Positions 36,169 through 47,901 of a stretch of DNA of 64,000 bases are shown here, in pieces. Position 1 is the stretch's first letter, and every line of letters starts with the position of its first letter. The stretch is from Zygnema circumcarinatum SAG 698-1b (Eukaryota > Plantae > Zygnematophyceae), in contig CM074806.1 in NCBI GenBank assembly GCA_037447605.1, positions 2,542,001 to 2,606,000 on the forward strand, in the 5' to 3' direction. The notes under the pieces are model-generated. The model was not told where the DNA came from. It did not search any database and saw only the letters and a program-made list of their open reading frames with translations. Made by a program: the position numbers and the translations under genes.

Positions 36169-37850
36169 TCAGTCCTGCACATATGATTGGTCCGTGTAAA
36201 GCGCATTCTCCGCCCTTTGGAACTCCCTCCCCAAGTAATTTGCATGGCTCAGCATTGTGACAAGTGGCGGTGAATGTGATGCTTCGATGATGGCAACACT
36301 TATCTCTTTTGCGGTTCGCCCCCTGCAAGAACCATACTTTCTCTTTAGCTTCCTTCGATAAAGAAAACAATCTTATGCTTTAAGTGATCGATACTATCAC
36401 TGCATATCAGCAAGGGATCAGGAAGTGAAATTGCAAAGGCAAAAACTAGCACCAGGAACTTACACCCTTCACATAAAATACGAAGGCTGTGAAAACAGAA
36501 CCAGAAATCCCATCAGGCTGTGTTTTTCTTTCAGATGCACATGCATGGCATACGCAAGGAATTTCTGACCCAGAAGAATAGCCTGCCTGAAAACTTTATG
36601 TGGTCGGGGCTTGTAGGAACCGTCACAAGGAATAACATTGCCAGTTTCCGGATCGCAAGCTAATCCGTTCTCATTAATGGAATTACGATAGTGCTTGGCG
36701 ACTATCGCATGCTCCGCGGGATCGATGTAGATAATGAAATAGCCAGCAGGATCAAGCTCAAGGGGCCTCCTTGATAGCTCATTATCCAAGCGCTGGGCAG
36801 CATCTGCGAGACAATGGGCGTAGCATTGTTAAAGATTAAGGACAATACACCAAGCAGACTTTTGGTCTGATCTATCACTTACAACATAAGCAACCCATTG
36901 ACAACATAAACTTTAGTGTGCATCTCCTTCAAAAACAACAGTTGCCTGAATTGGTAGTGGTGATTTTCGAGATAGACCGTTCTAGAATAAAGCGAACTTC
37001 TACATAGCTTCTGGGTGAGCACCTGAGCCATGTACTTGCATACAACAACTGAGGACGCACACTTTTGTCTCGAGCTTAATACTTCATCTAATCGAATACC
37101 GTAAATTTGACTGAAAGCAACACAACTTTGTTCTTCCGCTTTGAAGAGATTGAGCTGGCATAGAATGGAAGATTCCGATCAAAAGAAGAAAAATTACAGC
37201 GTTATGACACTGAATAATATGGTCCTTAAGCATCCCCCCCTACAATCCCTAGCACCCAAGGAATCTATAATTTAAAAGATAAACATTCCATACTTTGGCA
37301 AATTTCTTTTAAGTTATCAGGAAACATAAAAGCGCTCAGTTATCCCACTCCTTTACTGCGAAAAGGCCTCGTTGGTGGCAACGAATTCTCCCGTGCATCA
37401 TTTTTTGCTAATTGCATTCCAGTACGAGTGGACTACTACCGTCAGTACCTGGATTACCTCAGTCTCAGCAGTTTTCATCAAAGCAAAATTCTTACCCAAA
37501 GCTTCTTCAACTGGGAGTAGGCTGCTGGTGGCTGGTTCAATTGGTCTGAATTCGGTGACATTTGAAAGCTCTGCCTCGTCAGCCTTCGCTGCGAGCAAAG
37601 ACATGCTCGTACGAGAGTTTCCTTTTTTTGTTTTGCTACTTTGCAGTCGGAAGCGGCTTTCTCCTTCATTGCGAAATACTAAAGAGGACGCAGAGCAACA
37701 TTCAGACGACGAACTAGAAGTGAGAAACGACGACCCATCCAGGGCGGTGTGAGCGGGCCTGCAGAAAGACGACCGCAGACCTAGGCCATGGCTTGCTGAT
37801 ACTTCCACGACAGCGCCATGGATCACACTGCTGCTCATCCGCAGAGACAT
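36169..37850 (-). CDS. Plastid-targeted DUF4346 protein of cyanobacterial type
   Basis: A Ser-rich transit-peptide-like exon is followed by LDNELSRRPLELDPAGYFIIYID...AKHYRNSINENGLACDPETG...VF and RGRTAKEISVAIIE...VTMLSHANYLGREFQRAENAL...YVQD*. This matches the recalled small cyanobacterial DUF4346 proteins. Confidence 0.85.
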
Positions 37851-38199
37851 GTCTCCTGAACTCTACAAACGAAGCAGAGTCATCACGATTCCATAGTGAC
37901 AGAGAACATAATCATTTTTTTCTATCATGAAAGCAGCTGAAGCACTCGAACTGTGTTCTCTTCCTCCTCCATGCCCCCGTCCACGACCATCCATTCAGTG
38001 ACCTCCTCCCCCCTCTGCCCCACCTCCCTTGAAGCCACTCTTCATATCCTGAGCTTACTTTATCTGTAAGAGAAAACGAAGCCTGAACCCGAGCCGAGGT
38101 AACTGCAGAGGGCACTTCAAATATCCACAGTCCAATACACGTGGAGCAATAAAATTATGCCACGCCTACAAACGTTTCTCCGGACGCCGACATTTGGTA

Positions 38200-38876
38200 C
38201 AGTAGGGGGTCCTCATATTTTCCACCCTGGTTTTGGCCAATATGAGGCGAAAATATTGATTTTGCATATGTAAGGTTCGTGTTACCAATAGACGGGCGGT
38301 ATTATGTTAGAGTTCATGTTGGACCGTGTGTATCGTATCGTACCATATCGTGCCGTATCGCACTGTATCGCCTACTACAGCTCGTACGGCTAGTACGGAT
38401 AGTAACGTATCGAGGCGTTTCGTATCGTACCGTATCGTGTCGTATCACATCGTATCGTATTGAAGCCAAGACGAAGGGGAGAAGAGCGAGCGCCTCTTAC
38501 GGCGGCACGAGCGGGGAGATTAGGTGAACTTTTGCGTAAGCCCGTAACGGCTAGTACAGCTAGTACGGCTAGTACGAATAGTACGAATTGTACGAATAGT
38601 ACCGTATCGGGGTGTTTCGTTTCGTATCGGATATTTTCGTATCGTATCGTATCGTATCGAAGCCAAGAAGAAGGGGAGAAGAGCGAGCGCCTCGTACGGC
38701 GGCTCGTGCGGGGAGATAAGGTGAGTTTTGCGTAAGCCCGTAACGGCTAGTACGGACAGTACGAATAGTACGGCTAACACAAGGTTACCGTACAAAAAGG
38801 TGGTTTCGGCAAAATCGGGGCGAATTTCTTGAGGACGCACTGTTTAGGGCGGTAAATACGAGGACCCCCCCCACTG
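38200..38876. mobile_element. Tc1/mariner-type MITE, copy 2
   Basis: TA-CAGTAGGGGGTCCTCATATTT...AAATACGAGGACCCCCCCCACTG-TA. The first and last ~130 bp are highly similar to 6944-7812. It lacks the nested 277-bp insert and has an internal module duplicated (about 38462-38560 and 38659-38760). Confidence 0.85.
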
Positions 38877-38910
38877 TACAGAGCATACGGTGTTCGCCAG
38901 TCGGCCGTTG

Positions 38911-39010
38911 GGGCCGCCGGGCGGGCGCGTTTGTCGCTTGCTCGTAATTCCCAGTCGGGGAACCGTGTACGGACGGACGGCACCGCGACAAACAGGCCCG
39001 CCCAGCGGCC
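38911..39010. repeat. GC-rich inverted repeat (26-bp arms, 23/26 identity)
   Basis: GGCCGCCGGGCGGGCGCGTTTGTCGC (38911-38936) versus GCGACAAACAGGCCCGCCCAGCGGCC (38985-39010). Confidence 0.75.
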
Positions 39011-39560
39011 AAAAGGGTCTCAAAACTGTACGGACTGACGCCGTCTAGAAACGGTTCTCGCAGCGTAAATTTTTGGCGCGCTGAAAGGAAACTTCTTATG
39101 AATTTTAATTATAATAAAAACTAAGCACGTTAATGCAACAGCGCAATTGAGGTCTCTCTACACATGGCAGCCATCCTGTGGTCCACGTGGATATGGCCTG
39201 TGGGGTTACTGAGATCCCCTGTGCAGGTACCGCGGTTCCCTCCCAAATTTTCACGACTGCAGTGCAGATGCTAAACGAAGTCAGTCAGTCCCACTTCCTC
39301 ATCCATCTGGTTACATCATCCGAATAATTTCTTAAGAAAAAAGCGAGATTAAGATTAAGAGGATTTAAAATTTTTAGTTCAGCGCGACTGGGCTAGAATG
39401 CATGCATGCTCTGTAGCGATCTGCACACTTAATCCCTGACACGAACGATATCCTACAAGCCCTTTATTACGCTAGCTGTATTTCGCTTTCCAGGAGACTT
39501 GAACAGAAGTCTTTTGTAACTGAGATTGCATTCGCAAATTGAAGACGCTTTTGAAGCAAG

Positions 39561-42500
39561 ATGGACCGATTAGCGTGGCTTGGGGAAGTCCATGGGGCTC
39601 TGGACCTCATGGCTGCCCATGGAGTCCACACTCCTTCTCTTGCCAATGACCGGATGCTGGCGGAATGCCTCGTTGCATTGGTACTCTCAAGCTCCCATCT
39701 CTTGACAGATTGTATGCGAGTTGCGGGCCTAGCTTGGTAGAATATCTTGCAGGAAGAAGTAAACATTGGACTAATGCCAAGTGTATTTTCAAGCTTGAGA
39801 ACCTAAAATAGCCAACAAACCGCAAATAGTGGCATCAGGGAGACAATGAATGCAGGTGTACAGCACTCCTGTTGTATGGGTTGTCGCTTTGTGAAAAAAA
39901 TCTTCCTGCAGGTTTTCATAGGGATTAGTACCCTACAGACGTGCTTCGTTAGATAAAAAAAAATGTCAAACAATATGCAGCGACAGGCGGACAGACCTTG
40001 ATGTTTCCTCTCTCTTGCGCTGCTCTCACTGTTTTGCACAATTTCATTCGTTCTTTCCACATTAGAACTCGAGAGGCTGATGCCAAAGTTTGATCCTGTC
40101 TTGCTGTACGGATGTCATTTCAGATAAGTTGTGTAATAAATCAAAGACCAGGAGGTGCGTTTCTATCACAGAAATCATTCTCAGCCTCAAATGGATTGGA
40201 AAATCGTTGTTTTTGCTGATCCAGTTTAAAAACCATGACTATCCAATTTGTTCTCTGTTTCTCGAGCCTCTCTAAAAGGCAGAATTTGCAAAGATTTGAA
40301 AATGATTCACTTCTCACACATCTTTGTCATATTTGGTAGTGGAGCTATTGTTGCTTGCGTTTAGACCGTGTAAATCTTTTCAAGTTACTTGATAAAACGT
40401 AACTGACTACTTCTGAGTTCGCTCACACACTTCACTATCTTTCAATAGTATTAATGCTGTGATGTTGAACAAGAAATACAAAATAGAAAAGTACGGTTCT
40501 GACAGCGAAAGGTAAAAGAAGCGCCTTGTTGTAATACAACATGAGATTAAACAACTAGAAGGGAATATGTAGTTCTGCGCCAACTCTTGCACTTGAAGCA
40601 ACTGATCCAAGAGCCGTTAAAGAATGCCTCTGAGAATGCCAGGACGAGCCTGAAGTTTGGACCTTGTGTATGGATGTCTAGGGGTCGACGGAACCATAGT
40701 AGTTTGCTTTTCAGCTGCCTCCAGTCAGTGAATTGTCCAGCAGTCTTTCTGAGCTTCTACGTTCAGGAAATTTAATATCAGTATCACCCGTCACTTGCGG
40801 TGCAGAATCAATTTTCAGGAGATGGGACTAAGTTGCAATCCCGATGTGCCATCTTACTGGAGAGTCTGCCACAGGTTCTGCTGCCCTGGTTTGCCCCCCG
40901 ATCACTGCTGGGTTTCACTTAGATACATATCACGCTTGTTGCAAGCTGTATATGCTTGCCCCCAAACGAGAACTTGTCCTGAAATCAAAATAGTCGGCAC
41001 AGACATTGTTCTTGAAACAAAGCTTGAATGTTTAGGTTCTTCCTTGAACGTCATGTTTGTCAATGCTTGGTCTCACGGGAAGCTCTGCATCAAAGTGCCC
41101 CCAATGGAAATGCCCATCTTGACGTAGAAGAGTGGTTAGGCTAAGCCTCTTGTCTGTAGATTCCTGATTCTAGCGGAGTGCCGGAGATTTCCTGTTGTGG
41201 AAAGGACGCCACATTCATTGAATTCTATGGCAGCTGAAAGAAAATGCATAGAGCAGTTTATTGTGCACATCCAAACGGTCGAATTGTGGAGTGCTTCGCT
41301 GAAATGAGTTTTTTTCAATGTAGGTGCCTGTAGTCATGCTTCACCAGCTCTCTGCACAGAAGACGGGAAGCCCCCTGCAAACATTCGCCTGTTCTGTCTC
41401 ACTAATTCCACAAATCGCCACAACCAATGAGCCCAGGCAAGGGCAAAGCCAGAGAAAAATCTCAGAATCCCACCATTGCATAAGTTTTCCAGTTGGCAAA
41501 GCAGCCAACCCCTCTGTGTTGGCACTTCCAAATCAGACTCTACGAGGTCAGGCAGGCCTACAACAAGACCAAGATTTTACTACGTTTCCAGAGGGACAGT
41601 TGAAAGGTGCATATGGCAATCTTGCCAGGGCTTGTGCGGATCAAGAAAATGGAATGCAGAATGTCGAGAGTGATCATAGTCAGGAACGGAACACGTTCGG
41701 CAAACCAGCTATTGGGGAGGCAGAACCGTCGACGCTTGACGTTATGATACGGCAGCCACTGCGCGGGTATGCAGCAGTGGGTCTGAAGGCCATGGAGCGT
41801 GCCCGATCAACTCTTGAAGATTTTCACAGGTGATTTGAGACTACCGAGATTAAGGGTATCCATTTTCATTGATTGGAAACGACCATAGCTTTGAAAAATT
41901 GCAATGTAATAGTCATTTGTGGGAATTAAAAATACTGAACTGCAAATTATTTCCATGCCGGTGTCACCTCGTACTTCTGTATGCTTACGCCTCAGAGAGA
42001 AGGATTAAGATTACTGAGGACTTCCCTCCAAGGTGTCATCTTACTGCCTTTTTAATTTTCTAAACCTTGTGGTTGACCTTTTCAACTTTATAAACCTTAA
42101 GAAACAGTAGCTTAGCCTAGCTCAGATGTCATCTTCCGTTGCCGCCAGCATCATTGAAGAGAATCATTCTATCTGCTCTTTGCTGAGCAATGTCCGCAAG
42201 ATTGTCACTCTCTCAGACTATATGGCGTTGGCCAGTAACTAGTGGCAGAGGGAAGTTGCTTTACGTTTCTATGTCTTCGATGGAACAGCATTGCCCTGCT
42301 ATTTACTAATGCAATTGGAATTCTGCTGCAGTTCTTACTTCATGTTTCACGGTCTCAATGCCTGCTCTCCAGAGGACATCTTTCGTTACTTTCCCATTTT
42401 TGCCTTTGTTGAGGCGTTCATATATGAGGTACGCGAACATCATGACTCTTTGTCCTGAGATACTTCTCCCGCTGTCTTGCAGCTGTCATAAGTCAGTGAG

Positions 42501-45316
42501 AGTGAATGCCTCGGCCATCTTTCAATAAGCAGTAGTTCCACAAGTTTGTAGAGCTTGGTTGCACGACGGTGACTAAGAAGTACGTCGTATGCAATTCGCT
42601 TCCCCTATAGATCACCCTCGCACATGCTGTTTGTGACTTTTTTCATAAGGAAAATGGTGCATAGCTCATATCTCTTCCCAATTTGTTGAACTGCCATATC
42701 CTTGCAACTTCTGGACAATGAGATTGGCGTTTTTCTCACTGCAGTGGTCTCTGGCATCAAATGATTCACAAACAGTCGTTTGCGAGGATGCTCTGACAGT
42801 GAGGATATTTCCGATTGGCAGCTTGATGAACAGAACGAGGAGTCTCTCTTGCCTCCCGCGGTATCTCTCCCACCCGCGAGTAGTGCAGCCCTGCTTCCAA
42901 CTGCCCCACTTGCCATGGAGACCGCTCCCTTGCAACAGCCGCAGGATGAAGAGTCTCCATTCGCTCCTCTGGAGGAGCAGCTTCAAGAAAGGGGTCTGCT
43001 GACTGAGAGGTAGTTTACTAATTGGCCATCTTGCTTCTTTGCGGACAAGTCTTCCTTGGGCCTTAAAGAAAATGCCTCCGATTTGTCATGCAAAAATCTG
43101 CATATACGATGGATTAGGCAGATCGACTAGGGGATCAAGAATCTTTCTGAAAATCTGCAATGTGGAATGTATGATTGCCGATCATAAAGTTTTGAGATGT
43201 AAATAGTGGGCGACCGGAAACTTGGGATCAGTCAAAAAGAAATTGCGTTGCCAAAGCTGCCAAAACAGCCTTCACATGTCCTCTCGTTTTGTGATTTCCT
43301 ATCAACCTTTGTCATGGCTTGTTCAGCATTTAATAACAGTTCAAGAATAGTTCGTTTACTCAAGCCCTATTCATTGCTGTTCTTCTTTTGTGACGTTGCC
43401 TGCAACTGAGAGCCTTTTAAACCAGATTGAGGATGGAGTTTCGGAGTGGGGTGGAATTTTGGCGGTTAGAGCGTCGCTTATGCGGTGCATTGGCAGCAAA
43501 TAAAGCGGTAGGCATGATTCTCATCACCCAGTCATACCTTTCCCGCTCTTCATGCACGTCATTGGGACTGAATTGAACTGTCCTTCGCATTGGCTTTTGT
43601 TGTCGTTGTTCACTTGGGCGGGAGTAGAAGGCTGGGCATTTGATTTTCGCGGATGTGTTCTGCCCGTGCCCTTTGATGTGTTTTCAGTTGCTTTCTTCAC
43701 CTAAGCAAGTGTTTTGACATGGAGGGCGGGAGCAGGTACAAAGACATGAAGTACTGAAGGCATTGCAACTTAAGTCCTTCGACTACCGTGTGCTCAATCT
43801 GTTGCTTTATCAGATGCGCCGAAGCCCTGTAAGCACTCAGAGCATTGTCCTGTTGTCAGAGCTTTATGTTCCTGTTCCTGTTCAGCTGCAACAGCGAAAG
43901 GCTGATGAGACGAGCTGAGGCTGATTAGTTTGCCACCAGATTCATCATCAGACTGCATCCACATGTGTAGCATGCGAATTTACTTTTATTGCTAGCGATC
44001 ATCTGTTGGGCGCTGTATATGCCGGGATTTTTGAATCATTGCGGGGTCTGTGAAGATAGTCTGCATGTGCACAAGGAGTTTACATTTTTGCTAGGAGCTT
44101 GGCTCTACTGAATTTCCTTGAAACCTATTTTTTCGGATCCCGTGCCCCTGATGGACTGAACATGTTCTAAGAATGGAGGCCCGTTTGCCTAATGACGGGA
44201 ATGTGCAATGCTTTGTAGGTGAACGAGACGCATTTCCGCTTCCTCGGTGTGTCCGAGCTGCTGGTGGAGATAGGAGATGATCTGTGCGTTTTGCTGCACA
44301 TTTCCGTCGGGTTGCTTGCAGAGTCTACAAGAGTTAGCTGCAACGGCTTTCTCTAAAATCCTACAAACCCTGCAAGTCCTATCTATTTCGCTTCCACATA
44401 GATCATTCTGACTCTTCCACTCTAAAGTAATGGCTGATTTTCTTTGCATTCTGCTTTGTCTGAACATTTGGACTCCTCTCTGCCCGGCTGCAGCTTCGAC
44501 TATGAGGTATACTCCAAGAGTCACTTTCTTGGGCGACTTTGCTTCTGAAACTCGTATTCTCTCGCAGCCATTTTTCCTATAATCCTCAATTTTCGGCAAT
44601 GAAATTTTTTATGTTTAGATGTTTTTTGATTTGCACTGCCTTCCTTTCAAATGCACTGAGGAGGTGTCTGTATCTGAACATTTGCAGGAGGACATTGTGA
44701 GCAATGCCTTCAACATTCTTCGGCTTTTTGTGGCGATAGATGGCCCCAAACATGCACCTGCTGAACTGGTAAGGCATGGAACTCGTTGACTAGCTCCTTC
44801 GAGCATCACTCGAATTAACCAAACGGCGCGCAGTTATTGATCTCTGACACTTACTATTCTCAGTCTTCTGTCCAGCCTAACCCAATCGCCCATTTTAAGC
44901 TTTATATGCTCTCTACTTGTTGTGTTTCAGGCAAAATATATAGGAGAACTTGAGCGAGAGTATGAACGGCTCATGTTGGAGCTTGAGCCAGACCTGGCTG
45001 AGCTTTATCGCAAGCGCTGTAGAGACGCCACTCGTCAAGGTAAGATAATAGCCGTATTAGTAAACCGTGCTCCTGTCTCAATAGTCGATGTTTTCTGTCT
45101 TCTGAGTTTATCGTATGACCAGAACTTCCCGTTTGATTGTCCCGTGGAGGCAGTCGTTTATAACTGAAGAAACTCGGTGAGGATTGATGGGCACTCTTTT
45201 CGCCAGGTGGAGGAGGAGGCGGTGAAAGTCCCATGGGCGCTTGGAGCATCCCCCCTATCGTAGTGGATGAGGAGGCCTTCAGGGCACACGTTAGGGCAGC
45301 AGATGAGCAGCCTTGA
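39561..45316 (+). CDS. Conserved uncharacterised plant protein with an isoprenoid-synthase-like DDxxD motif
   Basis: Clean GT-AG exons give STLDVMIRQPLRGYAAVGLKAMERARSTLEDFHR-SYFMFHGL...FRYFPIFAFVEAFIYE-LDEQNE, EFWRLERRLCGAL, KSFDYRVLNLLLYQMR, FLGVSELLVEIGDDL-FDYE-EDIVSNAFNILRLFV and GAWSIPPIVVDEEAFR (stop 45314-45316). The N-terminal exons (39561-41300) are only partly resolved. Confidence 0.82.
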
Positions 45317-46091
45317 CCCAAGGGGAAGCCAAAGCGGATACGTATATGATGTGCTGCACAGGCTGACGGCCTGAGATAGGTGGGCCAAGAAAAGGTCCTT
45401 TCTCAGAATATGACAGTCTTGCGAACACAATGTTTCGATCAATCTGAATGATGTGACATCGACCTCTCTCTCTCTCTTTCTGCTTAAGAGGAGGCTATCT
45501 GGGAGCTATCTGGGCTATCGAGGAAGGTGAACCCTGATGCTTTACTTCGACACTTGGGCAACGTCATGTGTAAAATTCTGCTATGAGAGGGCGTTTCCAA
45601 CTTGTCCGCGGAACCACATTGCATGTGAACAGCTGGCGCATAATTTTGTAGCCCGTTATTGCCACAACTTCTAAGAAAATGGAAGGCGAGAAACGAGTTT
45701 TTCACAAATTCGATCAAACAGATGGTCCCACTCGCTTTCAAATATGTGCGGGGAAATTGTTCCTCCCATCTGTCTTTGTCCATGTACATTTGATGACCTC
45801 GTCATCGTGAGCTTAATGCCAAATCCACCACATCAGATGAAACCAATTGCCTCATTGAAATCGATTCCCCAGTTCGCTTATCTCCAGCCTTTGTGTGAGC
45901 CCACTTTCACTCAAAACCAAAGTCTCCCTTGTTTATCCAAACGTCATCCAAGCCTCAAAAGTTTGTTGGATAGCAATCACGTCAATCCTCCGAGTCCCCT
46001 CCCTTCCATGCGAAGTAATTCACCTGAAATTTCCTGTTCAACGCCGAACCCTCCACATAGCACTCCCGTCCTCCGTGGAACAGCGAGCGTC

Positions 46092-46264
46092 TCTCGAGCC
46101 GTCCACGTGGCGGGCCGACGTGTCGCCGACGGATGCCGCTGGCGGCCGGGGCCCGTCCGCGATTGGTCGCCGCCCGGACGCGAACTGCGAGCGAACGCTC
46201 CAGCGGACGGCTCCCCGCAACGGAGCGCGCGGAGCGCCTTAGCGCGCCACGTGGATGGTCGAGA
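46092..46264. promoter_or_regulatory. Paired G-boxes in inverted 20-bp arms upstream of ACP
   Basis: TCTCGAGCCGTCCACGTGGCG (46092-46112) / CGCCACGTGGATGGTCGAGA (46245-46264), with CACGTG at 46104 and 46248. Confidence 0.45.
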
Positions 46265-46414
46265 TTAAACCCTCAGGGATCGCACCCCCCACGGGGCCAT
46301 ATCCTCCTGCTCCGAGCGCACCCCTCCAAGAATTTGCAAGCGAGTCAAGCAAGCAGGCAAGCAGACGCCCCATCGCCTTATCCGGAAAGGAACAGGAACA
46401 GGAAGGTATCATCC

Positions 46415-47901
46415 ATGGCTGCCGCCGCCGCGTCCGTTGCGCTCTTGCAGGTGGCCACCGTGGCTGCAGCATGCCCCGCTGCCTCGCTCAAGGTGAGGAG
46501 AGGAAGGAGGGAGGGAGGGAGGGAGGGAGGGAGGGGTTAGGCAAGGGCAAGCGGCGGGCGGGCTGTGTGAATGGACGGGGTGAGAGGCAGGGTTGTGAAG
46601 AGTGGGGCTGTGCTGGAGTTGGCGGCAGGCAGGCGCTAGCGAGCTGCGGAGGTGCTCGTACTCCGTGTCTGCTCGCCGCTCAGCAGTGCCAGTGACCCGG
46701 CGCAGGCTGTCGGTGGCGTGCGAAGCGGAGAAGAAGCGGGAGGAACCGGTGAGTTTGGTGCTCTCAGCTTGGCTCTGGGCCGCATGGCACTACATTTTGA
46801 ATCTGTTATTGTAATGGCCTACCTGGTACCCTTTCCTTGTCTGCTTCTTGCAAGTCTTTCTCACTGCTGACTTATTGCATTTGAGAGGTTTTTTTAAGAC
46901 TACTCAGGATCGAACTGCACCCGCTCCCTTTCCATTCCGTACCTGATCTTGGAAACTGTTTTGCTTGCCTTCCACTTGAGTTATATCGAGTCGCGTGTTT
47001 CGTACATTGGCTGCCCCTTGTGCCCCTTGCCCCTTTTCTGTTCTTTTTCCTTGAAGAGCTGTGTTGTGGATTTTCTTTGACATCTTCCGTTTGCAGATAG
47101 ATTTCTGACATCACAACTTTTATATTAATCTGTCGGCTGATGTTTGTAACTTAAGTTCTTGCTGAATGTAGCAGACTTTGAAAGGTTTTGTAATCTTTTA
47201 TATTAATATCTTATCAGAATTCATCCTGGGGGGGCGCACATTGCAATGTCTGTGTGTAGCATGGTGCGCATGGTGCGCATGGTGCTTCCGGAGCCACTTT
47301 GTCGAAGGTGCAGGAGGTCATCTCAAAGCAGCTTGTTGTTGATGTAAAGACCATTGCGCCTGAAGCGAAGTTTGCTGATCTTGGAGCGGATTCTTTGGAT
47401 ACGGTATGGTGTCCGAAACAACAGGCTCTTTGGCAATGCATGCCATCCTGATGGTTTTTTCCTGTACTTCCGTCCAATTTGGCCTTAGGGCGTCTATCAT
47501 TGTTTTGAAGGCTTCCGTGCACTTCTTGCCTTGATATCATCATTGCAAGGAGACATTTTGAGAAATGTTCTTATTCCATTGGTGGCAGTCCCTTGAGCTA
47601 CATTTCATTTGTATAATAAATTGCACTTCACATTGCATCTTTGGTGAACATGTTTAGTCGCCATTTCTTGTTCTTTCTACCTTTTTCTATACCAAAGTGT
47701 GATTTGTGATGAAGGCGAAAACGATCCATGTAAGCTAGTGTGTGCACTAAACTGATTTTTCTGTTCTACCTGGAACAGGTGGAGATTATGATGGCCTTGG
47801 AGGAAAGTTTTGACATTACTCTCACTGAGGAAAGCTCGGAGAAGATCAGCACAGTGCAAGATGCAGCCAATCTCATTGAGAGCATGGTAGCGAAGAAGTA
47901 A
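46415..47901 (+). CDS. ACP: Plastid acyl carrier protein
   Basis: Ala/Ser/Arg-rich transit peptide over two exons, then TLSKVQEVISKQLVVDVKTIAPEAKFADLGADSLDT-VEIMMALEESFDITLTEESSEKISTVQDAANLIE. The DSL phosphopantetheine site is present. Confidence 0.96.
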
